From a virus (Duplodnaviria > Caudoviricetes), in IMG/VR virus record IMGVR_UViG_2912464834_000002: DNA of 64,000 bases; one strand, given 5' to 3'. The translations under genes and the position numbers were made by a program. How positions within the stretch are numbered: the stretch's first letter is position 1; each line of letters begins with the position of its first letter. Below the pieces are notes generated by a model that did not search any database, was not told the origin of the DNA, and saw only the letters and a list, made by a program, of their open reading frames with translations. Positions 1 through 8,328 of the stretch are shown here, piece after piece.

Positions 1-246
1 ATGGAACCGAGAGGCAGCGACCTCGGCGATTTCAGCGAGCCGTACCGCGGCTACGAGATCGAGGTGAAGACCGAGCAGGTCTGGGACGGCGAGCATGCGC
101 ATTACCGCGTGCTGCAGGGCGATGCCGTGCGGATCGACTGGCGGCTCGTCAAGGTGGACGGGATCCTGCTGACCGAACGACGCGTGATCGAGCGCGTGCT
201 GGACGAGGCGCGGCGGGCGGTCGATGCGGAGCTGGGCGAGGGGTAG
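1..246 (+). CDS. Host hypothetical protein
   Basis: 81-aa ORF with host-like codon usage, outside attL. Confidence 0.6.
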   Translation: MEPRGSDLGDFSEPYRGYEIEVKTEQVWDGEHAHYRVLQGDAVRIDWRLVKVDGILLTERRVIERVLDEARRAVDAELGEG

Positions 247-328
247 CGTGCATGCCGGGCAGGCCTGCCCGCTGTTGCGGTAAAATGCCGGGTTGTTTCC
301 GCGCCGTCTGGCCTGTTGCCCGAAATCC

Positions 329-397
329 ATGTCCGTACCGTCCTCGCTTCCTCCCCGCCGCGTATCCGTCGCGCCCATGCTCGACTGGACCGGGTAA
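329..397 (+). pseudogene. dusA: Original 5' end of dusA, truncated by prophage integration
   Basis: Reads MSVPSSLPPRRVSVAPMLDWTG*; the same RRVSVAPMLDWT peptide begins the intact dusA at 50361. Confidence 0.9.
377..392 (+). repeat. attL core of prophage 1
   Basis: ATGCTCGACTGGACCG, exact direct repeat of 50415-50430. Confidence 0.92.
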
Positions 398-470
398 AGT
401 GACGGCGCCCTTGACTTGCAAGGCCGCGCGGGGTGAAGCGGAGTGCCGTGTAGCACTCGCGTAGGACTGG

Positions 471-740
471 TCAGCATTGGCCGCAGAGCTGATCACACTC
501 TTTGACGGCAGCGGCACGGCGCGCGTCGATCCATTTTGCCAAGTCCTCGATGTGCACGCCCTTCGCGGCCTTCTGAGACTTGCCCTCGATGCGCACCAGA
601 GGAAGGGCGAGCTCGCCGGCGCTGATTTTTCGCTGCAGCTGAAGCGGTGTCAGGTGCGAAAAATAGTCGCGGCATACGAGCTCGATCGGCACGACTGCCA
701 TCGCGCCATATTGCGCCATCAGGAAGAAGACAGTATTCAC
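471..740 (-). CDS. PrtN-family DNA-binding protein, probable excisionase
   Basis: (M)NTVFFLMAQYG...SQKAAKGVHIEDLAKWID; GTG start overlaps the upstream stop; last gene before attL. Confidence 0.75.
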   Translation of the reverse strand: MNTVFFLMAQYGAMAVVPIELVCRDYFSHLTPLQLQRKISAGELALPLVRIEGKSQKAAKGVHIEDLAKWIDARRAAAVKECDQLCGQC

Positions 741-1519
741 GGTTCGATCCTCCGAAATTCGATCGCCCACACCCAGGGGTTCGCGTCCCATCCATGGCCG
801 CGGGCGGCATTGATGCCGTTCCACAGCGTCATGAACGAGCCGATTGGATTGCCCGATGCCATCCCATCCTCGGAATAGTCCCGCCACATTTCCTGCATAT
901 CAGGGTCGTCCGTCTCGAACGTCTCGATGCCTTCAGCGATCGAATCCGCTTCGCTAATGCTTTGCAGGTGCTCGACGCGCACGCCGATAATCTCGAGCGT
1001 GATGCGCGAGGCCCAGCGCGGCATGTGGATCGACGGCACCCATTGCCCCTTGACCGCGGCGCTCGGCATCGTCCATTCCTCATCGATCTCGCGTTCCGCA
1101 AAATAGACACCAGCGCCGCCTGCCTGATAGTCGACCCATACGTCTGAGCAGTCGCAAGTGTCGAGCGAGCACGAATGTGAAGTGCGGGGCTTCCACGTCT
1201 CGCGCACCCACAGTCGATCACCGGGCTTCCCGTGCGGACACGGAGTCCAGTAGTGATCGCCAGCCATGGCATGCAATGGCGGTAGAATGGGCCATCTGCG
1301 CAGCTCCTTTGTCGGCGCCTCATCGGATTCGCACCAGTAGAACAATCCGGTCGGTTTCGACCAGCTCGTGTAGGTGGGTGAGTGCCCCTCGGCCGCGAAC
1401 GTCGCCCATGGCGGCGGCTGTTCGCCGCGCACGGTCACGACGCGCCGCGTCTGCGTCTTTCGGCCTTCGAGAATGGCACGCACCATCGGGCCGCTGAACA
1501 GGATCGGGCGTTCCTTCAT
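737..1519 (-). CDS. ASCH/PUA-like phage protein
   Basis: MKERPILFSGPMVRAILEGRKTQTRR, PSIHMPRWASRITLEI and WDANPWVWAIEF motifs. Confidence 0.8.
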   Translation of the reverse strand: MKERPILFSGPMVRAILEGRKTQTRRVVTVRGEQPPPWATFAAEGHSPTYTSWSKPTGLFYWCESDEAPTKELRRWPILPPLHAMAGDHYWTPCPHGKPGDRLWVRETWKPRTSHSCSLDTCDCSDVWVDYQAGGAGVYFAEREIDEEWTMPSAAVKGQWVPSIHMPRWASRITLEIIGVRVEHLQSISEADSIAEGIETFETDDPDMQEMWRDYSEDGMASGNPIGSFMTLWNGINAARGHGWDANPWVWAIEFRRIEP

Positions 1520-2004
1520 TGTGCACTCCAGTCAATCAGGGGGGTGTCGTACGGCAGCATCAGCGGATGCTTCGGGTCGCCTTTGGCAGTCAGGCCGAAT
1601 ACCTTCAACGGCTTGCCGGAGGCGCGCAGCATGTCCGCGACGACGTCGAGGCGCGGGCGCAAGCACTTCGGCAGCTTGCCCCGGTCGCCCCAGCATGGGA
1701 CGAGCTGATCGGCGTCAGCGATGATCTGCGCGAGGTGCATGTCGTTCTCCGGGCCGATCGGATCGACCACTGCGGCCAGATCGTGCACGTTCGGCGAACG
1801 GAAGGCGAACGGATTGCCGGCGATGTACTTCCGCGCACCCCAGCGCGCGGCGAAGCCGGTCCATTTCAGGTCCGTGTGGTCGCGCACGCTCGCGTCGGCG
1901 CGTGACGAGTTGACGCCGAAGAACGCGACGACGAACCCGGTCGGCGCGACTTCGCGCTCGAGGCGGTATCGGAAGCAGCAGCAGGGGCTGATGATGGCGC
2001 TCAT
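1516..2004 (-). CDS. DUF1643-like protein
   Basis: FRYRLER...PKHPLMLPYD; coupled start/stop. Confidence 0.7.
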   Translation of the reverse strand: MSAIISPCCCFRYRLEREVAPTGFVVAFFGVNSSRADASVRDHTDLKWTGFAARWGARKYIAGNPFAFRSPNVHDLAAVVDPIGPENDMHLAQIIADADQLVPCWGDRGKLPKCLRPRLDVVADMLRASGKPLKVFGLTAKGDPKHPLMLPYDTPLIDWSAQ

Positions 2005-2438
2005 TGGGCGGTTCCCATTTCGAACAGATCGCCGATCGCCTTCCGCGCGTGGCGCGTAGCGGCCGCGTTCGCGCGGTGATGCTCGGCGTCATAGGCGAGG
2101 TGATGCAGCTGGCACAGCGCCTTCAGGTTGTCGTCGTCGCAGTTCTCGGGTACGTGGTCGAGGTGCGCGATCGTGAGCACGACCGTCGTCCATTTGCGGC
2201 CGCAGTACTCGGATGCCTTGCAGTATCCGAGCAGCCGACCGTCGTCGGCCGCATAGACCTCGCCGTCACCCTCGAAGCGCTGGAACGTGCCGGCGTCCTT
2301 ATCGATGCCGCGCACGATGTGATCGCCGTTCGCGACGCGGCACTGCTCACAGCGATTGCCGGCCCGCGCGAGGATGCGCGTGCGGATCTCGGGCCAGTTG
2401 GCCGGATAGCGGCTGCGGTTCTCAGGCTTGATCGGCAT
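2001..2438 (-). CDS. HNH-like phage protein
   Basis: MPIKPENRSRYP...RCEQC...LTIAHLDHVPENCDDDNLKALCQLHHL. Confidence 0.75.
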   Translation of the reverse strand: MPIKPENRSRYPANWPEIRTRILARAGNRCEQCRVANGDHIVRGIDKDAGTFQRFEGDGEVYAADDGRLLGYCKASEYCGRKWTTVVLTIAHLDHVPENCDDDNLKALCQLHHLAYDAEHHRANAAATRHARKAIGDLFEMGTAQ

Positions 2439-2847
2439 GGCCTTCTCCTGCGCGGGCGGCGAGAGCAGCGCGAAGCGCTGACGCCGTATGTGGCACGTCG
2501 AGCGCGTCAAAGTAGGCCACCACGTCAAACGCAAACTCCGGAGTGACAGGGGCGCGTCCGAACTCCATCGCCGACAGCTTCGCGGGCGTCGTCAGGAGCG
2601 CGGTCGCCATGTCCATCAGCGTGACGCCTGCTACGATGCGCAGCGCGCGGACGAGCATGCCGTACGGCGTGAGCGGATTCGTGAAGCTCGGCTGTTCTTC
2701 CGTCACCTCGGCCCGCGGCTCCGGCTGCTGAGCGGCGAGGAGGGCGCGGGCGAAACCGTGATAGTCGAAGTAGTCGCCGGGGTTCGGCAGCAGCCGGTAC
2801 GGGCGCGCAAAGTCATCGATCTGCTCATCCGTCAGCGTCTTATTCAT
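2422..2847 (-). CDS. Hypothetical protein with C-terminal XRE-like HTH
   Basis: YGMLVRALRIVAGVTLMDMA...LSAMEFGR. Confidence 0.6.
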   Translation of the reverse strand: MNKTLTDEQIDDFARPYRLLPNPGDYFDYHGFARALLAAQQPEPRAEVTEEQPSFTNPLTPYGMLVRALRIVAGVTLMDMATALLTTPAKLSAMEFGRAPVTPEFAFDVVAYFDALDVPHTASALRAALAARAGEGHADQA

Positions 2848-3131
2848 GCTTGGTTCCCTTCGTGGACCCGCGGATACCATTCAACGAGCCAGCGGCGGAC
2901 ATCCTTCTTGGTATAAGCGATCGTTTGATCGAGTTCGATACAGCGACGATGAAACACGCAGTGGAATCGACCGTCATCGCCTCGATAGACGGTTGCAGCT
3001 CCGTGATCGCCTGCACCGGTACATGCCCGAAACGCGCTCAAAAGGCGGATCGCCTGCGATACCGAATTGAAGAATGGAACGTTGTCGATTCGGCCGCCAG
3101 CGACACCCGGCAGATTAATCAGGGCACTCAT
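2844..3131 (-). CDS. Hypothetical phage protein
   Basis: 95-aa ORF in a translationally coupled operon. Confidence 0.6.
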   Translation of the reverse strand: MSALINLPGVAGGRIDNVPFFNSVSQAIRLLSAFRACTGAGDHGAATVYRGDDGRFHCVFHRRCIELDQTIAYTKKDVRRWLVEWYPRVHEGNQA

Positions 3132-4207
3132 TGCTTGGCTCCTTCGAGAAGGGCGAGCAACACTCGGGCATGGCCGTCTAGCCGGCGTTCCTCCATCGTT
3201 TCGGCTGCAAACTTAATTACCGCGCGCTGGTTATGCGTCAGCCCCTGCCGAGTGGCGACCTGCGCGGGCGGGGCGGTGTAGAGCGCAACACGCGTCTTGC
3301 GAGGTTCGCGATACAGCACGACTTGGCATTGCTGCGAATATGTTCGCAGCGCTTCAAGATCGCGAGGCAGGATATGTGCCACCGCCTCTTGCCCCGCTGC
3401 CGCTGCGGGTTGAGATGCTGCCGCGCGGGCTTGCCATGCAGCCGAGGCTGCATACTGCGGCGTTACTTCTAGCCACCAGCGCGTGCTTTTTAATGCAGAC
3501 CAGACACTGAACGCAGTCTGCTCGTCTGCCGGCGCTGCCGCTGCATCTGCGGAGGGAGTGCGGCCTGCGAGAACCTTGCGTGCAGCTTCGCGCGCAGCGA
3601 CGCGCCGAGAGGCGGCCATCGTTCGTTCGATAGGGTCGATGTCGTTGGGGTCTTCGGTATCCGTCACGATGCGCCACGTTTCTTCCGCGTCGAGGTATTC
3701 GCGCAGCGCTTCCGTAGCCCCTGCGATCTCGAACTGCGCCGGCTCGTCCGCCACTTGCGGTTCATGCTGCTGCGTGCGCTTGCATTCCGATGCGGCATAC
3801 TGCTTCGCGCACGGTTCTACGCGATCGTCAGGATGGCAGGTGCACGGCTTATCGTCCGCCGGCACCGCTCCCGCCACCTCAATGCGAGGGGCTCGTCCTT
3901 TCATCCACTCGCAGGCGGCAAGCCACGCTTTCTCGGTGATCGCATCGTTCCAGAACCCCGATGTTTTGAACCACTGTCGGAACGCCGCCCGCTCATCCGC
4001 CCGATTGCCCGTGCCTTCGAGCGGGGCGGAGGGTTCAGCCTGCGAGCACTTCAATATCGCCATGATCTGCGCGTCGCGATCTGCTATATCGAACGAATTG
4101 ATGTCAAGCAACCGAGCCAGTCGGTGCCCGTGCTCTGCCACGAAGCGGGCCTCCACCTCGGCCAGCGCTGCTTCGTGCTGCTCGACAGGGGATGCGGCGT
4201 TATCCAT
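3128..4207 (-). CDS. Mosaic early (Ead/Ea22-like) phage protein
   Basis: Contains AWQARAA and ALYTAPPAQ modules typical of these mosaic genes; start placed at MDNAAS. Confidence 0.55.
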   Translation of the reverse strand: MDNAASPVEQHEAALAEVEARFVAEHGHRLARLLDINSFDIADRDAQIMAILKCSQAEPSAPLEGTGNRADERAAFRQWFKTSGFWNDAITEKAWLAACEWMKGRAPRIEVAGAVPADDKPCTCHPDDRVEPCAKQYAASECKRTQQHEPQVADEPAQFEIAGATEALREYLDAEETWRIVTDTEDPNDIDPIERTMAASRRVAAREAARKVLAGRTPSADAAAAPADEQTAFSVWSALKSTRWWLEVTPQYAASAAWQARAAASQPAAAAGQEAVAHILPRDLEALRTYSQQCQVVLYREPRKTRVALYTAPPAQVATRQGLTHNQRAVIKFAAETMEERRLDGHARVLLALLEGAKQ

Positions 4208-4967
4208 GATTCGCTCCTTCAAGATCTTTCTCGGCCAGTTCGCAGAAGATTCCGCACTGGATCGACAATTCGTTTTGATAGTCGCCGACATCCGGCGGCA
4301 ATTCGTCGAGAAACACGCGCTCCTCTCCGACCTTCACCAGCTTTACGCCCAGGCGCCGACTTAGCTTCGCCATGCGATCGAATTGAGGGGGGAAGTCGAC
4401 GCGAACCTTGTTCCAGTAGCCGGCTCCGCCCTTGACACATCCGATGCAGTTGTTGTGCAAGTAACCGAGCTTGTACATCGTCGGGATCTCGATTCCGGCT
4501 CGGTCGATGATCGCAAGGCAGTCGTCGTGCGTTATGCCTTTTTCGACCAGAATCGGCCAAATCAGAACGTCATTGTTGCCGTCGATGAACTGGTCGACTC
4601 GGCCTTGTTCCTCGGCTGAGTATCCGAACACGTGCATGTCCCCATGGCGCTGGAATGCCTCTCGGACGTGCTTCTTCAAAGCACGCGTGCAAGCTGCACC
4701 ACGCACGCCGGCGATGTATTTCTCTCTCTCGAAAACGGTATAGATCGACGACCCGAACTTTTCGCTTTTCAGCCGCGTGATCGGAACGCCGAACCAGCGT
4801 TCGCAATCGGCGGCGAAGCGCGCGTTGTCCGGGTGCTCTTCATCGATGCCACATTGGGCGACGATCAACGGCAGATTTTTGCTCCTCGCGTTCTCGGCGA
4901 TCGCCAATTTCGTCGCGACAGCGGACGCAGCCCCGGCCGAAAACCAACAGACGATTCGCTCAGGCAC
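4200..4967 (-). CDS. PP-loop / PAPS-reductase-like protein
   Basis: VCWFSAGAASAVA PP-loop-like motif, HNNCIGCVK and CGIFCE Cys motifs. Confidence 0.7.
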   Translation of the reverse strand: MPERIVCWFSAGAASAVATKLAIAENARSKNLPLIVAQCGIDEEHPDNARFAADCERWFGVPITRLKSEKFGSSIYTVFEREKYIAGVRGAACTRALKKHVREAFQRHGDMHVFGYSAEEQGRVDQFIDGNNDVLIWPILVEKGITHDDCLAIIDRAGIEIPTMYKLGYLHNNCIGCVKGGAGYWNKVRVDFPPQFDRMAKLSRRLGVKLVKVGEERVFLDELPPDVGDYQNELSIQCGIFCELAEKDLEGANHG

Positions 4968-5030
4968 GGTTCGCCTCCAGGTCCGTCAGCGCATCAGCGC
5001 GGCTATTGTCGGTGGTCTTCATGGTGGTCC

Positions 5031-5786
5031 TCAGGTGGTCAGCGCGAAATCGGCCTGAATGCCCGCATGCTCCCGGACCCAGAACGTCGGCGATTGGTGG
5101 GATTCGATGCGCTCGCGCAATATGAGCGCGCGAGCATCCTTGGTCGGCGGCGTATAGGTGCCGCGCCATTTGCTATCGATGCCGATGTTCTGGCCGATGT
5201 TCGTACTGTCAGCGCTCGCAAACGGGAAGCGCGTGAACACGTCTGGATTGAGCATGCGCAGGCCGTGGATCTTGCAGATCGGGCGACCATGCTTATCGCA
5301 CAGCACGTCCATTGCTTCCGCCATGCGTTGATACCAGGCAGATGTGCCGACGGTCGCATACTCGCCAGAGCTGCCGAGGCATACGCGCGGCCATACGAAC
5401 GCGAGTCGTTCGAGTCGTTCGAGACTTTCATGAAGGTGCCAGACCGGGGCGCCGACCCAAGGTGCCGCTTCACGCCACGGCCATTCCGCGAGCAATGCGT
5501 CGTTCGCATGTTCGTCGCCATCGATCACGTCGGGAATAACGGCAAAATCGAAGGATGGGTAGCGATTCAGTTCCCCGACCCACGCGTAATATGGCTTCCA
5601 GTCTGTGACCGGCGCACCACTGCGCCATGCCGAGAACGCGCCGTTATCGACCGCGAACGTCTGGGCTACTTCGAGCGCTAGGCCGAGTTGTTCGGGATGC
5701 TGAAACGACACGAAGGCGTGACCACCTGAAAGCGCGCGTGCGGCGGCCGTAGATGGCGTGATCGGCGTGCCGTGGTAATGGATCAT
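5031..5786 (-). CDS. tRNA-guanine transglycosylase (TGT/DpdA)-like protein
   Basis: VDNGAFS, IPDVI, PVWH, KIHGLRM and ASADSTN motifs resemble the TGT barrel; recognised by eye. Confidence 0.6.
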   Translation of the reverse strand: MIHYHGTPITPSTAAARALSGGHAFVSFQHPEQLGLALEVAQTFAVDNGAFSAWRSGAPVTDWKPYYAWVGELNRYPSFDFAVIPDVIDGDEHANDALLAEWPWREAAPWVGAPVWHLHESLERLERLAFVWPRVCLGSSGEYATVGTSAWYQRMAEAMDVLCDKHGRPICKIHGLRMLNPDVFTRFPFASADSTNIGQNIGIDSKWRGTYTPPTKDARALILRERIESHQSPTFWVREHAGIQADFALTT

Positions 5787-6136
5787 CGCGATACCGCCCG
5801 GATGGCATGAATCGCCTCGACGCCTTTCTCATAGACGGTGCTTCCGATCTGCACTCGTTCGATCAGGCGTCCGCACGGTGCAGGATCGAAACCGCGGCGC
5901 GTCTCGATGTCAACGCCGTGATGATGGGCTTTCAGGATCTGCCGGCCGCCGAAGCGCTTGAAAAGGTCGTCTGCAATCGCCTCGTGATAGCCGCTCTCGT
6001 GCATGGCAGTGGCCGTTGTGATGTGCTCGACGTGGATCATTTCGTCCGTATCGATCTCTAGGACGTAGGAGATCAGCTGCCGATTATTCGGGCATCGGCT
6101 CACGAAATGAGTTCGGTAGATGTTACTCATCGTCAT
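5783..6136 (-). CDS. QueF-like tunnelling-fold protein
   Basis: FVSRCP...HVE...GYHEAIADDL...HHGVDI lines up with the QueF CP/E/HE/GG-I pattern. Confidence 0.55.
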   Translation of the reverse strand: MTMSNIYRTHFVSRCPNNRQLISYVLEIDTDEMIHVEHITTATAMHESGYHEAIADDLFKRFGGRQILKAHHHGVDIETRRGFDPAPCGRLIERVQIGSTVYEKGVEAIHAIRAVSR

Positions 6137-6211
6137 CCTCAATCAGTAGAACAGCCGCATCGGTTGGGCGCTCGGCTCGCATCAGGCGGCGTCAGCGGGA
6201 ATAAAACGGAT

Positions 6212-6601
6212 TTAATGGACGGATATGTCCGGGACGATCACAGATGGTTTGAACACCACTTTGTAGTGGTATGTGCTCGCCGGCGCGGGATCGAGTTGCT
6301 CGATGAAGTACGTCACGTTATTGGACAGGCCGAGGAAGTGCTTTTTGTAGCTGTTCGGGCCGGTCTTGCAAATGATCGCGAGCTTGGTATCGGTGCTCGA
6401 GTTGTCCTTCGAGCACAGACCTTCAATAGTCAGCATGTATTCACCGGTGAAGCCGTTATAAAAAACAATTCGGCGATTGATCTGGAAGTTGTCAGCGGCA
6501 GTCGACAGGTTCTGCGAAGCGACATCGGCATCGTTGGTGCAGGCTCCGAGCAGGGACGTGAAAGCGATTGCAGCGGAAAAGAGAAGACGCGAGAGTGTCA
6601 T
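6212..6601 (-). CDS. Phage lipoprotein
   Basis: Signal peptide with lipobox LLGA-C; ADNFQINRRIVFYNG. Confidence 0.75.
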   Translation of the reverse strand: MTLSRLLFSAAIAFTSLLGACTNDADVASQNLSTAADNFQINRRIVFYNGFTGEYMLTIEGLCSKDNSSTDTKLAIICKTGPNSYKKHFLGLSNNVTYFIEQLDPAPASTYHYKVVFKPSVIVPDISVH

Positions 6602-6618
6602 GGTGGTCAGTCCTCAAA

Positions 6619-7764
6619 TCAGAAGGTCTTGGTGAGATCGCGGTCAACCGCTTTGCCGAGAGATCGAATAAGGTTCGCGAGGTAGACGCGGTCCTGGTGG
6701 CTGGCGGTCGCTTGGCGAAGCAGGCCGAAATACGAATTTGCTACCGGCATCAGGTCAGCGCATGGCGTTTCGGCGACGCGGCGCAATGCCTCATTCCGCG
6801 TGCGCTTCCGCGTCTCGCGACGCCATGGCTTGATGACCTGGCCGACGAAGTCGACGCCGCGGTCGATTGGCTGCAGGATCGTCTTGCGCGGGTTGATTCG
6901 CGCGCCGAGCCGGGCTGGCAGAAAGGTAGTGACGTCGGTGAGGATCTCGTTCAACCGGGTGGGTGATTCGTGCAGGAACACGAAATCGTCGACGTATCGG
7001 ATGTAGTGCCGTACGCCGAGCGCGTGCTTCGCTCGCTGGTCGAGTACGTCGAGATAGACGTTCGCGAAAAACTGGCTCGACAGGTTCCCGATCGGCAACC
7101 CGAGGTGCGGCGCCTGTTCGAGCAGTCTCTTATGGGGCGGAACGAGATCCATCATGGCCGGATCGCCGTGGTACACGTAGTCGGCCCGTGGATCGTGCAT
7201 CAGCACGGTTTCGGTCAGCGATCGCCAGAATGGCTCGGAGATCTTCGCGAGCAGCAGGTCGAGCAGAATTCCCTTGTCGATGCTGACGAAGAAGTTGGCG
7301 AGGTCGCACTTCAGGTAAAACGCGCGCCGCGACCAGTTCTGCGTGATCGATCGCACTTTCGCTTCGAGGCGCTGCGCGGCGTACAGCGTGCCACGCCCTT
7401 TGATGCAGGCGCACGAATCGGCGACGAATGACCTTTCGAAGCGCGGTCCGATCCGGTTGTAAAGCAGGTGATGCACAATGCGATCGCGAAAAGCCGCCGC
7501 CCATACTTCGCGCGGCTTCGGTCGCGTGATAACGAAGCACTTCGAGCGGCCGGGCGTGTAGCTGCCGTCGACCAGCTCGTCGTACAGGCGGCGCAGGTTC
7601 CGTTCGAGCCGCATCTCGAACGCAAGCGCCGCATTGCTGTTTCGCTTCGTTCGCCGGCAGTCGAGATACGCTTCGACCAGCTCGGCGAACGAAAATGGCC
7701 CTCGATCTGCGGACGGCGCGGGCGCGCAACTCGTTGTTCTGGTGGTTGTTGTTCTGGTTGCCAT
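6619..7764 (-). CDS. DGR reverse transcriptase (copy 1)
   Basis: FRDRIVHH, LKCDLANFF, GLPIGNLSSQFFAN (DGR-type SQ) and YVDD; start uncertain, nearest ATG lies inside the TR. Confidence 0.93.
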   Translation of the reverse strand: MATRTTTTRTTSCAPAPSADRGPFSFAELVEAYLDCRRTKRNSNAALAFEMRLERNLRRLYDELVDGSYTPGRSKCFVITRPKPREVWAAAFRDRIVHHLLYNRIGPRFERSFVADSCACIKGRGTLYAAQRLEAKVRSITQNWSRRAFYLKCDLANFFVSIDKGILLDLLLAKISEPFWRSLTETVLMHDPRADYVYHGDPAMMDLVPPHKRLLEQAPHLGLPIGNLSSQFFANVYLDVLDQRAKHALGVRHYIRYVDDFVFLHESPTRLNEILTDVTTFLPARLGARINPRKTILQPIDRGVDFVGQVIKPWRRETRKRTRNEALRRVAETPCADLMPVANSYFGLLRQATASHQDRVYLANLIRSLGKAVDRDLTKTF

Positions 7765-7795
7765 TGTTGAAGTTCTGGTACCACGCCCAGCCGGA
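7705..7795 (-). repeat. DGR template repeat TR1
   Basis: 91 nt, AAC-rich (reads SGWAWYQNFNNGNQNNNHQNNELRARAVRR in the VR frame); homologous to 5 VRs. Confidence 0.95.
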
Positions 7796-7957
7796 GGTAT
7801 CGTGCGATCTACGTCGCCCGACCGATTTCTCAGTCGGAAAACTGCGCTGGACCTTTCCGCACGCCGGCGGCCGGTTTCCTTATTGCGCATGGCGGTGGCT
7901 TTGTGAGCCAGCGGCACGACCAGATTGATATATCGCTCAGCCGCGAAGGCCTTAACC

Positions 7958-8314
7958 TTAGCGGAGCGGGCGACGGTTTGCGGCGTTCTTCCAGCCGGTG
8001 GCCTGCTTCCCGATGCTCGTCGTCTTCTCGACGGCAGCTGCGTAGCCGTCACGTGCGATCAGGCGCTTGTCCATGCTGAGCCGAAGCAGCAGCTCGATCA
8101 CCTGCAGGCGCTCGAGCAATTCGACGAGGTGGGGTGCCTTGTCGGCCGCGACGTTCGCGCGAAACACCAACACCATGATCTCGATGCACTCCGCGCTGAT
8201 CTTCTCGCCGATGCTGCGCTTGAAGTCGCGGGGCATGTTCTTGACCAGGTTGGTAACGTCATCGAGCAACCCGTAGGCCGTTCGATATATCGGGAGTTGG
8301 TTGTGCAGGGCCAC
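7958..8314 (-). CDS. avd: DGR accessory variability determinant (four-helix bundle), copy 1
   Basis: 118 aa, LPIY...MPRDFKRSIGEKI...IGKQATGWK; lies between the targets and the TR. Confidence 0.88.
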   Translation of the reverse strand: MALHNQLPIYRTAYGLLDDVTNLVKNMPRDFKRSIGEKISAECIEIMVLVFRANVAADKAPHLVELLERLQVIELLLRLSMDKRLIARDGYAAAVEKTTSIGKQATGWKNAANRRPLR

Positions 8315-8328
8315 GGTGGGTTAAATGA

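Noticed and set aside
6619-8052. RT as a group II intron, retron or CRISPR-associated RT
   Set aside because: The SQ motif, adjacent avd and TR/VR pairs with A-specific mismatches identify a DGR. The 477-aa ORF-track start is probably too far upstream.
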